Below are positions 40,141 through 53,160 of a stretch of DNA of 64,000 nt, one piece after another. The position numbers and the translations under genes are program-made. Below the pieces are notes generated by a model. That model was not told where the DNA came from, made no database searches, and worked only from the letters and a program-made list of their open reading frames with translations. The DNA is taken from assembly GCA_977016875.1 (NCBI GenBank), contig CDRNST010000008.1, positions 4,030,001-4,094,000 on the forward strand, in the 5' to 3' direction. Within the stretch, counting starts at the first letter, position 1; every line of letters begins with the position of its first letter. The DNA comes from Pavona decussata. Its lineage: Eukaryota.

Positions 40141-41008
40141 CATTCAGTCGTCAGCCAGTGGTGTTCAAACAGGAATCAGACATCAACAGTACCTGCCTAC
40201 CAGAACAATCCTCAATGCCTACTCCTCCCCCAGAGCAACCCATTCCACTGCCCTTGATATTGTCCAATACTGATTTTCCAAGATCACATTGATTTGATAT
40301 TGGATTTGAGGAAGAGAAGAGTCCTCCAACCAAGTCAGCGCCGTGGACATACTCTCCGTGGGTTAATTAGGTTCCTTTTTGCAATGGTAAAAAAATATCC
40401 AGGATTCTGGGGATTCTTTGGTTAATGAAATGAATTTTTTTTGTTTGCAAACTGCTTTTGAAAGCCAGGCTTAGATGGCACTGGCTGAAATTAGGCACAT
40501 CAACAATGCTGAACAAACCTTGCAGCTTCAATCGTATGGGTACAATGCTTTCCATTTTCAAAAACAGCTTATTAAGTAAAAAAGGTTTAGCTTTTAAACT
40601 TGGAAACAACACTCCCCAATAAATTGTCTCTATGTAAACATTGTCTCCATGGCAACCAGTGTCACGTGACTTTTATAGCCCAAAAGGAATTATGGGAAAA
40701 CGTAATCATTTACTTGGCTACCAAAATCTTTGATACAGACTTTTCACAGCTAAGTCTAAAGTAACTAAGTCTGAGTTTTTGATTGTGTAGACAGAGAAAA
40801 ATATAAGTAGGCTTGATTTCCGCTGCTCTCTATCGGATCCGGGTTTTGTTAACGGCGGCTAGAAATCGAGCCTAAAAAAATGAATAAAATCAAAGGGCAA
40901 ATGTGAACTTGAGTAGTAAATCAAATTTTGGCACATTCATTAGGGTGTAATGTATTTCCATAATGAAAAGTGACACTTATTAGCTGAATGTCAACGTTAG
41001 ACTGCACT

Positions 41009-43049
41009 TTACTCCTTATAGTTCCTCAATGTGTGGTATCGCTCAAAGCAAGGTACCACACACAAAGGAATGTTGCACTGTTTGCAGTAATATGAGGTTT
41101 GATGCCGTTTGCCACTTTTCCTATCGGAGCAAACTTCACAGTCAGGTTTGAATTTCTTGTTCTCATATTTGCCAGGAAAATGTTGACCTGTCATTCTTTG
41201 AGGAGTCGGTGTATTGCTTGGGCGGCCTTGCTTGATATGACGAGGCTCCCAGTCCTCCAGAAGGTCAGTGATGACATTCTGCCGAAACCATACAGGGTCC
41301 AATTTATTGCTTTCGCTTGCTTCGCAGTAAAAGATGTAACCACTGACCAAACCAATTTCTTGGCTCTGTGGAAAAGGGTGTGATACCATTTGAAACACTT
41401 GTGGGAAATTGGTAAGACCCAAGCAATTGATCTAGGTGATCTACACCAGCCATGCAGTCAGTATACTGTTCAGCAATCACAGGCTTTTCAATTGTCCGGT
41501 CACCTCCAACAGCTCCCTTGCTCTTGATTCTCTTATCAATGGTTAAGTTAGTGTTTTCTGTGCTCAGCAATGTCAGCCGTTTCGTGTTATGCCAAGCACA
41601 GGCGACAAGATTATCACTACGCATAAATACAGGGTCATCTCCTTTTGACAATTTCAAATTCTTGGGCTTTAGATCATTTGGCATTGCCACTCTGTTGGCT
41701 CTAACTGTCGCACAAGCCCCACTGTTCTTCTCTTCAAGTACAGAAAACAAATGTGGAGAAGAATAAAAGTTATCCATATAAACGATGTGTACTTTGTCCT
41801 CATATCCATCCAACAATGAGGTTACAACACTTTCCGTAAGTAAAGTACCAGGTTCCCGCTGAAAAGAATGTTTGCCAGTGTAAACTTTGGGTCTCAAACA
41901 ATAGCCACTATCTGATTCGCTCAAAATAAATGCCTTGATACCACATCTAGTTGGTTTGGCTGGCAAATACTGATGGAAAAAAATTCGGCCTGTAAATCTT
42001 ACCATGGTTTTGACCTATAGTAAGACCTTTCTTTGGCTGGTACACTGTCTCATATGATGACTCCCAAATGTCCAGGAGAGTTTGAATTTTAAACAGCGGG
42101 TCATAACCTTCCTGCCCTTTGGGGATTTGTTTAGTAATGTCATTGAAATGAAGAAATGTTAGTAAAATTTCAAATCGGTTTCTGGGCATTACTCTCTTGA
42201 AATCTGTGAAGGTAATCCAGTAAGTGCTCCAGTAATCTTCCAGTGAGGGTTTCTGGCATAACCCCATAGCAATCTGAAGGGCAAGATAGGCCTTGATCTC
42301 CTCAACGGAAGAGTCATACCATTTGTGCAACGGGGAACTCTGAGGAAAATCGCATGTAGAGTCTAAGTACTGCATTGCATACGTGTTTGTTTCCTCGACC
42401 ATGAGGGTTAACATTTCATCTGGGAAGAAGAGGGAAAAGTAATCCACAGGTTTGAAGTCATTTGTGTCAACAAGAATTCCACGAGGGCACTGATAATTGG
42501 GAAGCCAGTCAAACTCGAACAGGTCGAAATCATCATAATCTTCCCAATTCAACGTGGAAGCCAAGGATTATGTGCTCTCTGTCTTCCAGATTTGCTTATT
42601 GGCACATGAGCTTTGTCATTGTGGTTATCACCTTCTACGGCACTTTCTCCTCCACTTTCAGACATAGCATCATCAGACATATCTTTGGGAACGCTATGTT
42701 CTTTGTCACTAAATTCTTCCTTAAATTCGGAGCCATCGTCTTGAAGAACTGCTTTCAAAACATCCTTTGTGCTATAGTTTCATTGAGTCGCCATTTTTAA
42801 ATCCCCTGTAAACAACACGCACTGATAAACTCGAAAAAATTGTCGAAAAGTACTAGAAAATCACGATGAAATCACAAACAAAATGCCACAAGGCCTTCTT
42901 GCTTTGTAACCGCTCCTATAATGAATTCCAGTTCACAAAAGAACATGAAATCTGTTGGTCTAGCTACTATGCTTTGTCTGTCGACTTTAGTCGCCTTTGA
43001 CCCTCTCCCTATGGTCGACTGTAGTCGCTCACCCATGGCAGTGAAAGAG
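41009..43049 (-). mobile_element. piggyBac element with near-complete PGBD4-like transposase (frameshifted) and intact 5' terminus
   Basis: PVDYFSLFF, MPRNRFE, YDPLFKI, VYMDNFYSS, MAGVDHLDQ and the C-terminal finger CEVC...CKQCNIPLCVVPCFERYH. End ...GGCAGTGAAAGAG followed by TTAA (43050-43053). The 3' TIR was not found. Confidence 0.92.
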
Positions 43050-43300
43050 TTAAAATATCTCTGGTAGATGATGTCATTCTGGGAAATTATTTTATTTTTT
43101 CCCGGGTGTCTTGAATTCAGTTACTTTATTTTGAATACCTTCACACCGCTGCTATATTTTCGATCACGATCGGTGTTGCAACTGACATTTGAGCGCAGGT
43201 TACGTGACGCCATGTATCAAAGTAAATTTTATTAGTAAAGGTCATTGTCTTTCATTTAATGATTGATATCTCTTGCTCTATTAGCCTTATCACTGTATGA

Positions 43301-43526
43301 TGAGTTGCCAGCAGCTTTAAAGCTCATTCTTTACCTCTGTAAGGTTATTTTCAGCAAAGTGATGTCTGTAAAATGTTTGGAATTAGGGTGAAATGAAAAA
43401 CTGCGAAATCATGTCATGCAGATGTCATGATCCATTCACATGTTTACAGACATGATCCTTGAGGTCCTTACAGCCGTTTACGGTAACTCATAAGGTAATC
43501 AGAAATCACTTTTTTTGTCAACAGGA
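43301..43526. repeat. Direct repeat D, copy 2
   Basis: Matches 39420-39645. Confidence 0.95.
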
Positions 43527-44132
43527 TAAAGCACAACTCGGGTTAATCGTTACTTCTTTTTAACCTTTTCTTTTATCAATCACACTTACTTTTCAAAAAT
43601 AGCACAGAGATTTGCATATATTATTCTCTTTCACATGCTGTGTACGCGTAATGTCGTGAGAATTTATTTTACTGGCTGGGAAGAATGTCATTTCTAGAGA
43701 TGAACCTTTTAGAGTGGAAAGTATAGTAGTACAGGTTCTCTGAAATGCTAGTTTTTCAATCCAGTCAAAGTTGCTTCTATTTTATCTTTCCTTGAGGGCC
43801 GCGATGGTGACTGCTAAAGTAGGACCATTTGAAGAAGTTGGAAGAAAAAATTTAAAGGTTTGTGATTTGCTTTAAAAGTAGAAGGATAACGTATTATGTG
43901 TGCAAAGTTTTGTTTTTGTAGGACAGTTTTTAAATTTACCGTGGCTGCCGAAAAAGCACAAATTGGCATATTGATGGAATTTCAAAGTATTTTTCCTTAT
44001 ATACATTCACCCAAAGGAATGTTTGGCAACCAAAAAAATGTGATTTTGGGGGACTGTCCATCCATTCTAATTGTTCTTTAAAAAATTTATCCCTATGGGC
44101 ACGTTTAAAAGATTTCAGCGATGCTTGTTTGT

Positions 44133-45436
44133 TTATAAAAGCTGGCAAACTGTTCCATGTTCGTATTGCTTTAATTAAAAAAGTTCTTCCAGCTTCTGTT
44201 GCCCTATTGTAATGTAATGTCTTGGACTAACTCATTATCACACCTCCCGATTCTAAGCTGTCGAAAGATATTGCTTACAATGTGTTGCCTAAAGAAATTG
44301 ATACATTGTTAAAATTGTTGTCGCCGTTACACGAAAACAACTTTTGACACTATGCACCTACTATTTGCCATATTAAACTGTACCTCCTGCATTTTAACTC
44401 ACTCATAAGCAATGCAATTTAAGTGTTGTGTTGTTAGGATTTGGATTTTTGATTATTGTTACCAAATGATGATGATGATTATTTTTATTTTGGCATCTCT
44501 GTTAAAACCAATGGCAACATGTGCAAACAAACTTGCTTAAAAAATGGACGAGTACTCTGTTGTAGTGACAATCAGAAAAAGGACTTATGGAATTTTTCGA
44601 CCCTTATTCTCTATGATCATCAGGCTACATGGTTTTCCCTCTGCTTGATATTGCATCTCTCCGGGGCACCTCTTCCACTGTCACCACTTCGTCTTTGTAT
44701 TCACGACAACTTCACCTCTAGAAATGGTGCAACTGGCAAAGGCACAGACCCCCGCTTCTCTGTTGTCACTTGGGACCCAATGAAGCTGTGAAATGCAAGG
44801 ATGGATACATTTTTATTCTAATGCATAAGGACCAGTGAAATACAGGAGATGCAGGAGCAACAACTCAGTCACCCCTGAGAGGCGTGAATACTCATCTCTA
44901 TTAAAGGAACTAGTGGAGGGTTTATTTCCATATAGTTTGCGATTGACTGCATCATTAATTGCCTGCCTAACTCATATCCTGGCAGTGGTGAGGGCATTTC
45001 AATCGTATCCCACTGTAGCCTCTCTGGTCGTTTTTGATGTCTGGCCGCATGCTCCATTCATGTTTTTGGCTATGCTGCAGGATGTTTTTATTCACTTGCT
45101 GTCGACAAAGTGAGAAATGTAGGAATAAAGTGGCTGTTTTGTTGTTTCAGCAATTCTTTGAAGAAAGATTTTGCTTATTGCAAGATACAATGCATGTTTG
45201 TGGTGGCGTAACTACTGTTATACAAGCACTGATGGCAGCATATACATGTATACTCATCTTGTTGAAGCCGCTTTGTTTATTAAAAAACTTAGTCTGCCTG
45301 TTAATACTATCTCCATTGGTCCAGACTGAAACAACACTTCCATAAGCCTCATAGAGCTCTGATGTTGCTACAAACCTACCAACATCCTCTTCGATGCATT
45401 CTAACAGAAATTTCCCTAGTAGGGGACATTTTGCCG
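44133..45436 (-). repeat. Diverged duplicate C, copy 2 (LINE tail plus SET-domain remnant)
   Basis: Co-linear with 35763-37148. SET segment at ~44590-44800, with upstream FLLECIEEDVGRFVATSELYEAY. Confidence 0.75.
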
Positions 45437-45635
45437 CACATTTGTGTTTCATCATGACTCGTCTCACGTTTGCAAAAGCCATGTTGATACTTTGATGACA
45501 ACAACAATACTGCACAGAACAACGTTTGTGGCAAGGTGGAATTGACAAAACAAATCCTTGGGTACAAGAGCCGCCATTGGATGATTTATCTTTGTAATTG
45601 AAGCATGAGAATTTGTGGGTCTAATCTGAAATGAC

Positions 45636-48600
45636 TAGTAGGGATCTTGCAAAATGTTAGTTATACTTCTAAATATTGGTCTTAATGTAAAATGCGACGT
45701 CGCTTTATTTAATTTTTCAAGATTCAATCCTTACAATGCCCAGTTAAAGGATTCTCGTGAATTCCAGCTAGGAATCTGAGCAAAAACAAAAAACATTTCC
45801 TTAAGTCACAATCACTTAATAGAAACAAAACTATTATACTAATATTTCCCTAGCAACAGACCAAGCAGCACAGGAATGATTAATTTTGCTACTGTTTAAA
45901 TGTATCTACTCATCATCACTAAGAATCTGTTCATAATTAACCTCCTGTCCCTCTTCCTGTTCTCCAACCTTTACCGCCTCCTCAGCAGCCTTCTCTAGCA
46001 AGTCGACGAGGGAAGGGGGAAGTACAGGACCGCATGACCACACAGGCTCTAAGATACCTTCCTCGGTCTTCTCCCAGCCCTGGCCAGGATCGTAGGGCTT
46101 TGGACGCCAGAAGATCGCCTGATGAGCTTGTTTGTAGTTGGCAAGGCAGTAGTTCACTCTCCCAATGTGTGGGACAAGGCTGTCTCTGCAAGGTGGAAGC
46201 CGGGAGAGATCCACTTTAGATTTGGTTGTCAGTTCCTCGTTCTCCCCAACCATCTTCTTTAGCATTATTGGAACAACATTAACCGGGCGTGACCATATAT
46301 CAGACATGTGAATGCCTCGAGTTCATCCATAACTTCCTGATCTACGGACCACTCGTCAATGAGTTTTCTAAAAGAAACAACAAGAAAAACACTGATAACA
46401 TTAGGAAATCCTGTTATTTAAGAACTAATATACTGATATAGCACCTAAATACTAAAACTGCCATACAAAAGAGACATGCTCACCTAAATGTGGCATGGTA
46501 CCGAGGATGGTTTTGCAGCTTTTTCAGGGGTCCCACCTTACCCTTGCTCTTGAAAGCACTTGTTACATCTTCCCTGGTGAATACGTACAGACCAAGCATC
46601 GTAGTACAGTAGTCAGCTCCCTTAAATTCTGATAGCTCACTGACGTTCACAATTTGACGATGCTTTCCAGATCGAGTATCCAGGTAGATGGCGAGTGGGA
46701 TGGAGTGAGCATAGTGTAGGAGGATAAAGAATACGTCAGTGTCGGGTGTCCTCACCACAGCTGACTTGTACCCAAGCTTAGCGGCATAATTTAGGTACAG
46801 CACTACTCGTGTGTCCGTCTCCTCCTGGTTTGACACAAGCTCATCGATCTCTGATACCATCACCTGAAATTCGTCATTTTGTCAGTTATGATTAAAACTT
46901 GTAGTAAAACGCATTTTGGGAAGCACAGTTCACAGCCTATGAATTTTAATATACTCGCATCGCCATCTGATCTGTTCAGCAGGTACGCCTTGCCTTCCAC
47001 CACTGCCACGGCTGTCCCACATTTCTCAATCCGAGAGGCTGCCCCTTTGCTCCCCCAGACCTGTAGTAGCAATTGACAGAGGTGTAGCTTATTCTCCTCA
47101 TTTGAAAGGAATAGCTTGAAGTCAACAGGCTTCCTTGTTGCCTGTCCCTCTATGATATACCACTGGGAGAAGCCACGACGAAGTCTCTCCTGGGCCTTGT
47201 TGGAGTCAGCATGGTATGAATCAGTTGAGAAGACAAAATTCTTCTTAGCCACCATCTGATCTAGAACCTGGAGGCATATCGCACCAAATGTCGTGGGAGG
47301 TTCTCTAGGGCGTGGAAAAGCGCGTTGCCATCCTGGATGTAAAGGCCATCAGTTGGGTAAGGCACTTCCTCAGGGGCATCTTCCATCAAATAATGAAGCA
47401 TCGCAGCCTTGTTTGTCTTATTGAAGAAACCATCAGCTGTGCCAAGGCCGTTAGGGACAGGAGAAAGTGAATACCACATCAGCTCCTCAAGGTCAATGGG
47501 TTCATCAACGTGCTGAGACTTGATGAGTAGCATGAAAGCAAGGTCACGTTGCTTACGGTACTGGATAACCTGAAAAGTTAAGGGAACAATGTTTTACCCC
47601 ATAAGTAAGTTTTTAAATCACACAACAGTTAGTTATAGTAGCAAGGTAGGGTCACATACCTTTCCCTGTGAGGCAGTGAGCTTGACTGTCTTGTTAGAAT
47701 CCTCCATAGTTTTCAGTTTCTGCGTAGTGATTGGTTCAAAGAACAGCGTCTCAGTGGAGCCATTCACATAGCGATCTCTGATAAACAATTCCTTGGCCTC
47801 TTTACCAGCTGCTTCAGCACAAAGGACATCCAACTCCACCTCTGGAGAAAAAGGAGCACCAGACGCCAGGCTGTAGAGGTGGTCCTTGTCAACTAAGGAG
47901 AAGAGATTGGTGAAGTTGCGTATAGCAGAGATGGTACGCTGAAATGCATCCTCTGACTTCTTTATCTCAGCTCTCTCTAGCTCGCAGTGTTTGCCGGCCT
48001 TTGGGTAGTCCGGACCATTGATTAGGCCACACATCTCAAGCAACTTCTCAAAATACTGAGCTCGAGTTAAGGTTGTACGGCACCACCGCTGGTAAGCACC
48101 AAACATGGAAAAGAGCCCTACGAATCCATCTGTAATTATAACATAAACACAATAAAATCAAAGCTTATAGTAATGACAGGATATTTTAATAATAAGGCCC
48201 CTCTATAATAAACGCCTTACAGTTAACTGTCCTAGGTTTTGGAGGACCAGTACTAGTATAGTAATTACATTGCACCCTGGAGGGATAGAATACTATTTCA
48301 GTAAGATTGCCTTGTTCGGGTCAATCTAAACTCCAATGTAGTTTGCATAGTAGTTCACTACCTGGAGACTTGGAGAACTTCATGAATGTTTCCTCCGTCG
48401 TCTTGTGAACTGCGCTGAGTGCACCAGGTATCATAGATCGCGCTACTGCGATGCCACCCTTTATAAGCAGCTCCTTGGCTCCAGGATGAGATTTGTCAAT
48501 ATTCGTCAAGAACTTCTCCAGCCACACCAGGTACCTGCGGAGGGCCATAGAAAAGAAAGTGTGTTACTATTTTACCGAAAATACACAGATAATAAAATCA

Positions 48601-49794
48601 ATGCAACTTAGTTAGTAGTTTCAATCTGAGATGTAAATTACCTTGAGTAGTTTGGCCCATCATATGCAAAGAACAGGTCAGCAATATCCCCGTTACACTT
48701 GTGGAAAAGGGGCAAGTTGTTGGTCTTCACAGAATACTGCAACATAAGTATCAGACGTGTATGTTCTATCACACTCAGCCAGAATGTGGCTGTCTTTCCA
48801 AGGTGACCGTTGCGCACCTGGTTTTGATAGGACCTGTACCTCTCCAGGATGGTGAGCAAAGAGGGGTCCTGTAATGCGAGGTCGAGGTTTTGTCAATTAC
48901 AGGTCTGTACTAGATTAAGCAGTGCCAAAGGGTTGTAGATCTCGACATTCTCCTCCTCAGCAAATCTCTCAAATAATAACCGTTGCATGGCCTCACTGAC
49001 TGTTTTAAGGCAGAACAGGGCTTTAGTGTATGCCTTTCCCTTCAACACACTACTTAAGCAACCAGTGGTGACAAGCTCAGCCTCAATTAATATCTCAGAG
49101 TAGCCTGACCCTTTGCATTTGTTACCTGTCACCATGCCCATATAATTAATTCCTGTGGGGAATGGCCCTGGAATGACAATATGCTTCTTGTACTCATCTG
49201 GAAATTTCCATATCAGGGGAAGGGCCTTCATGCAGGCACCAAGCTCGAAGGTGTTCAGCACATAAGCCTGACTGACCTCCATGGTGGCTTCCCCTGACCG
49301 CTTCACCAGCTCCTTAATCATTGAGAACTCTGTAAAGGGCTGGTTGAAGGGAGTGAAATAGTCAATGGTTGACTTCCAGGTGGGCTTGACGCCAGTAGCT
49401 GAGATGAAGCCACCAAACCCTGGGAAAAGTTGTTTCTCTCCACTGCTCCCCACTACCCGTGAAAGTGACCAGACATGATACTCTTGGATGCACTTTGAAT
49501 AAACTTCACTGTTTATAGTGGGTGGAGTGAACATAGCTCCCTTAGGAAATTTGGGCCCGACTCGACTGTAGATCAAACTACAACAATTATGACTTTACAT
49601 CACTTTATTTAATATCGAAATGGCATTACATTTTAACTGTAAATTATAAATCCAAGATGGCCGCCAAGAAGGCCGCGAAAACGAGGCCTTACGACAATAT
49701 TTCGAGATGGGAACATACAAATTCGTTTACTAGACATCTTGAGGATTACAAAAATGTAAGTTAGAAAAATATATCATAGGGGTGCATGCTACTA
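45636..49794 (-). mobile_element. AcademX-type DNA transposon, internally deleted, with both termini; spliced transposase plus XPG/PIN-like nuclease
   Basis: TAGTAG...CTACTA ends with a 3-bp TSD GAC (45633-45635, 49795-49797). Motifs GSGYSEILIEA..LKGKAY, FFAYDGPNYSR, EETFMK, AYQRW, IQDGNA, NQEETDTR, VRTPDTDV, D.TSAFK.KGK and LPPCRDSL..H..RVNY...GW. About 5 GT-AG introns. Confidence 0.75.
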
Positions 49795-52399
49795 GACTAC
49801 TACTTTTATGAAAAATGGCCTTAAACATTTCAAAGCAGATGCCTAGAAAATGTGAAATAGTATTGGTTCTTGGTAAGTATGTGTCTTTGGCATGTTTGAT
49901 TGTAGAAACTTGTACTGCTGTGATGAAAATGAATGTTTGGCCCTCATGCACAGCTACACATTTAAGTTGGTCATTCGCTAAAATTATGTGGGTTTAGCTT
50001 CCTAATTCAAGGTGTGTAACCTAATGTTTACCATCTAAATAAAAAAGGTTGTAAATCAGGACTTAAATGGCAGTTTGGTATTTTTCTAACAGTGCACCTG
50101 TTGTTACACCTCTATAGGAGGGCACATGCATTCACCTGCACTGACCTTACTGAGACCTAGAATCATAGCTTTGGTAAAGCTGCAGTTATAGGTTCCGTTA
50201 TAGTTGCTTTCTGTTTTTTGCATAGTCAATTAGCTACATATTTCCGGACCTTTTATTTGATCTTTGTGGGAATGATGGGTACATGTATAAGACATGAGGC
50301 AACTGTGCGAGATGCACAGAGCCTATCATATCTTTAAGATTAATTTCCCCCACAAAATCTTCACAACAACAAGGCATTTGCATTATTTGTGGCATCTTGG
50401 ACAAACTTACAAATCCTAGCCCTCACTACCAGGAAATCCTTCCATTGCAGGACTTAAAACTTAAACAAAACCTACTACACTAGATACATGTCTATTGCAT
50501 ATTGTCTGATATAATATCATTTTTGTGGTTTATAAAGATGATGGTTTTGGTTATATGGCAACTGTACTGGAGCAATATGCGAAATCAATGGAGGAGGCAA
50601 AGAGAGAGACCCAGGAAACCTTTAGTTACTTAATGAATGGTGATGAAAGTATATTTGCAGGTTCTGCTGAAACACTGGGGTTCTCCGGGTTCTGCAAAAC
50701 ATTTGTAACTTGACTGACGTCAGACAAGCCGCGGGGTTAAGGTCTCAGGAGGCGCTGGTCCTACTTTGAGACATGGTGACTTTCCTCAAGCTGATGGTTT
50801 TACGAACTGACACCCTTGCACATATCAACCCAGTCTTATATAATGTTAATTACGTCATCACAAGGGATCATGAATATTCGATCGGGTTTGAATATTTTTA
50901 TTCACTACATGAACGAGCTGTACCCGGGGAATACAGATAGTCAACATGACTGGCGTGACTAGGGACACAAAGTGATTACCATACCTGTAGCTTCGGCCAG
51001 CTTTCCCAGAGAGTTCTGGTCTGCTATAACTAACTCATACTTAACTCCATAGCTGAAAACGAGAACATATAAATCTCTTGAAGATCATCACAGGTTATTT
51101 GTGGAGTTTGTTTACCATAAGCAAACACAAGAATGTAGTGTTTGTCAATTTAACAGTTTACTTTTTTATCCATCCTCGTAGGAAGTAAAATATTATTTAC
51201 TATCTTAAATTCAACGTGAAATAAATTCATTTATTCATTCAGCTCAAAAAAGCACTCTGTTACATTCACATCTATTTTGGGGATCATCCTTATTCAATGT
51301 GCCTTTCGCAATTTCTAAGTGAGGTCAATTCTGCGTTTTTTCATTCATCCTATGAAACTTTCCTTGGATTTTGGCTCTTTCTTTGACATAAAAAGCATAT
51401 CAGTAATACAAAGTACCAAAACACTGTTTTCTTACCTGGAAAAAGGCACGTTTCCGCACTGTGATGGGAGAGAGCAACTGCAAGCAGACCTACTGGTCTG
51501 TAAATAACAACTCTCTTAAATTGCTCTCTAAACCTGTGTACAAGTAGTATTTCAATTAAAACTGAGCTATTTCCTTAATATTATAATTAAAATTAATGTT
51601 GATGCCAGCTGTCCATGTTATGAGAGTTTTTGTTCATTTGAGTTCGGAGCTGCAGTCAAATATTTTGAGTTTGATTACAAGCAGGGTCATTTCAAAAAAT
51701 TTACAAGCAGGGTCATCAAACAAGAACTTCGGAGCAAAATGTTTGATATTTTGTTTCCTGGATTACTGAGATGACTTAACTTTCGCTAAGGAAAACACCA
51801 GTTTTTCTTCACAATTTAATCTGAATATGTGGGGTGCGCAGTGTCTTTCCAAACAGATATTCCACCAAAACGACCAATTGGGTGCGCCTCCACCCAACCA
51901 GCTTAGAAATATAGCAATACAAGTATTTCTCTATATTTTATTCTCTGATAATGAAGATTGCAAATAACACTGTCTGCAGCTGCTGTCATTGGTTAGAGTG
52001 ATATGGTTAGTTTGGGTCATACAAGGTCTACTTTCCAGATCAAAAGTAAAGGAATTACTCTAACCAATCACTCTCGCCAAGAAAACCGCTCCAAAATAAA
52101 AAATATTATACGCGCACAAACCGCAAGTAAAATTCGTGGTCGCTGAACGGCGTTGCTGTGACAAATTTTCAGTAAATTTTGATAACTGGTTGCACTTGTT
52201 TACCTGGTGACTACAGGCGCTGTTATGCTAGGCAATTTTTCGTGCAACTTGTCTTGCAATTTTGTTGTGACACAAGTTGTTTGACAACTTGCCTAGTGTA
52301 ATCATAACATGCCCTTAAATGAGCATGTCTCGCAATTTCTTTTATTGCTGCAACAGTTCTAAAAAGTAGAAGTCGGTTCTACTTTTGTATAAGCCATTT

Positions 52400-52740
52400 A
52401 TAGTCCTTCCCTACCTTCCAATGGATTTTCTTGAGTTCTTGCTATGTTCCCCATCCTCAATAAACTGCCTTTAGCCGAGTGGTTCAATATAAGGTTTGAG
52501 AAATCCAGCTTTTTTACAGGGAATGACTGCGGAATACTCCTGCTTGTCAAACAAATCCACATCCTCACCTGGTTCTTGTCTCAATTGGCAAAGCACATGC
52601 GTTTTCTAAGCAACACTTTCTTCAACGTGAAAGTAAATGTTAAACATGCAAACGCATTCTTGATAAACATCATTGTGACCTGCAAGACTTTGCAGACCAG
52701 GAATGGGAACCAAATATCTTGTACTCAAGGCCCAGCCTGA
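52400..52740 (-). mobile_element. Gypsy gag-like fragment
   Basis: Reads YFHVEESVA*KTHVLCQLRQEPGEDVDLF, a retrotransposon gag motif. Confidence 0.45.
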
Positions 52741-52824
52741 CACAGGAACTTATTCTTTTTTCTTGCATCGTTTGACAAGTTCACCCTTCCTTCCCCATAA
52801 TATGTGGACTCAGGTGGAAATCTT

Positions 52825-53160
52825 ATTAAGATCTTATTTTTTTTCTTATCAAGATTCTTATTCAGAATCTTACAAGATCTTGTAAATTGTTGTCACAAGA
52901 TACAAGATCTTATAAGATCATATAAGATTCTAACAAGATCTGAAAAGATTCTTATTTAGATCTTACAAGATTTTATAAGATTCTTACCAAGATCTTACAA
53001 GATTTCATAAGATTCTCACCAAGATCTCTCAAGATTACATAAGATTCTTACCAAGATCTTACAAGATTTCGTAAGATTCTTACCAAGATCTTACAAGATT
53101 TCATAAGATTCTTACCAAGATCTTCTCAAATGTTTTCTGAGATATTGTCAGGATCTTACC
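52825..53160. repeat. Minisatellite with a 32-bp unit CCAAGATCTTACAAGATTTCATAAGATTCTTA built from ~10-11-bp AAGAT subunits
   Basis: About 4.3 well-conserved units from 52987, with degenerate units on both sides. Confidence 0.9.

Noticed and set aside
50980-51500. Minus-strand host exons (AG/GT-bounded segments)
   Set aside because: No recognisable protein similarity and no coherent gene model.
52825-53160. Possible CRISPR array (32-bp repeats)
   Set aside because: The units are contiguous with no unique spacers, no cas genes are present, and the context is eukaryotic.
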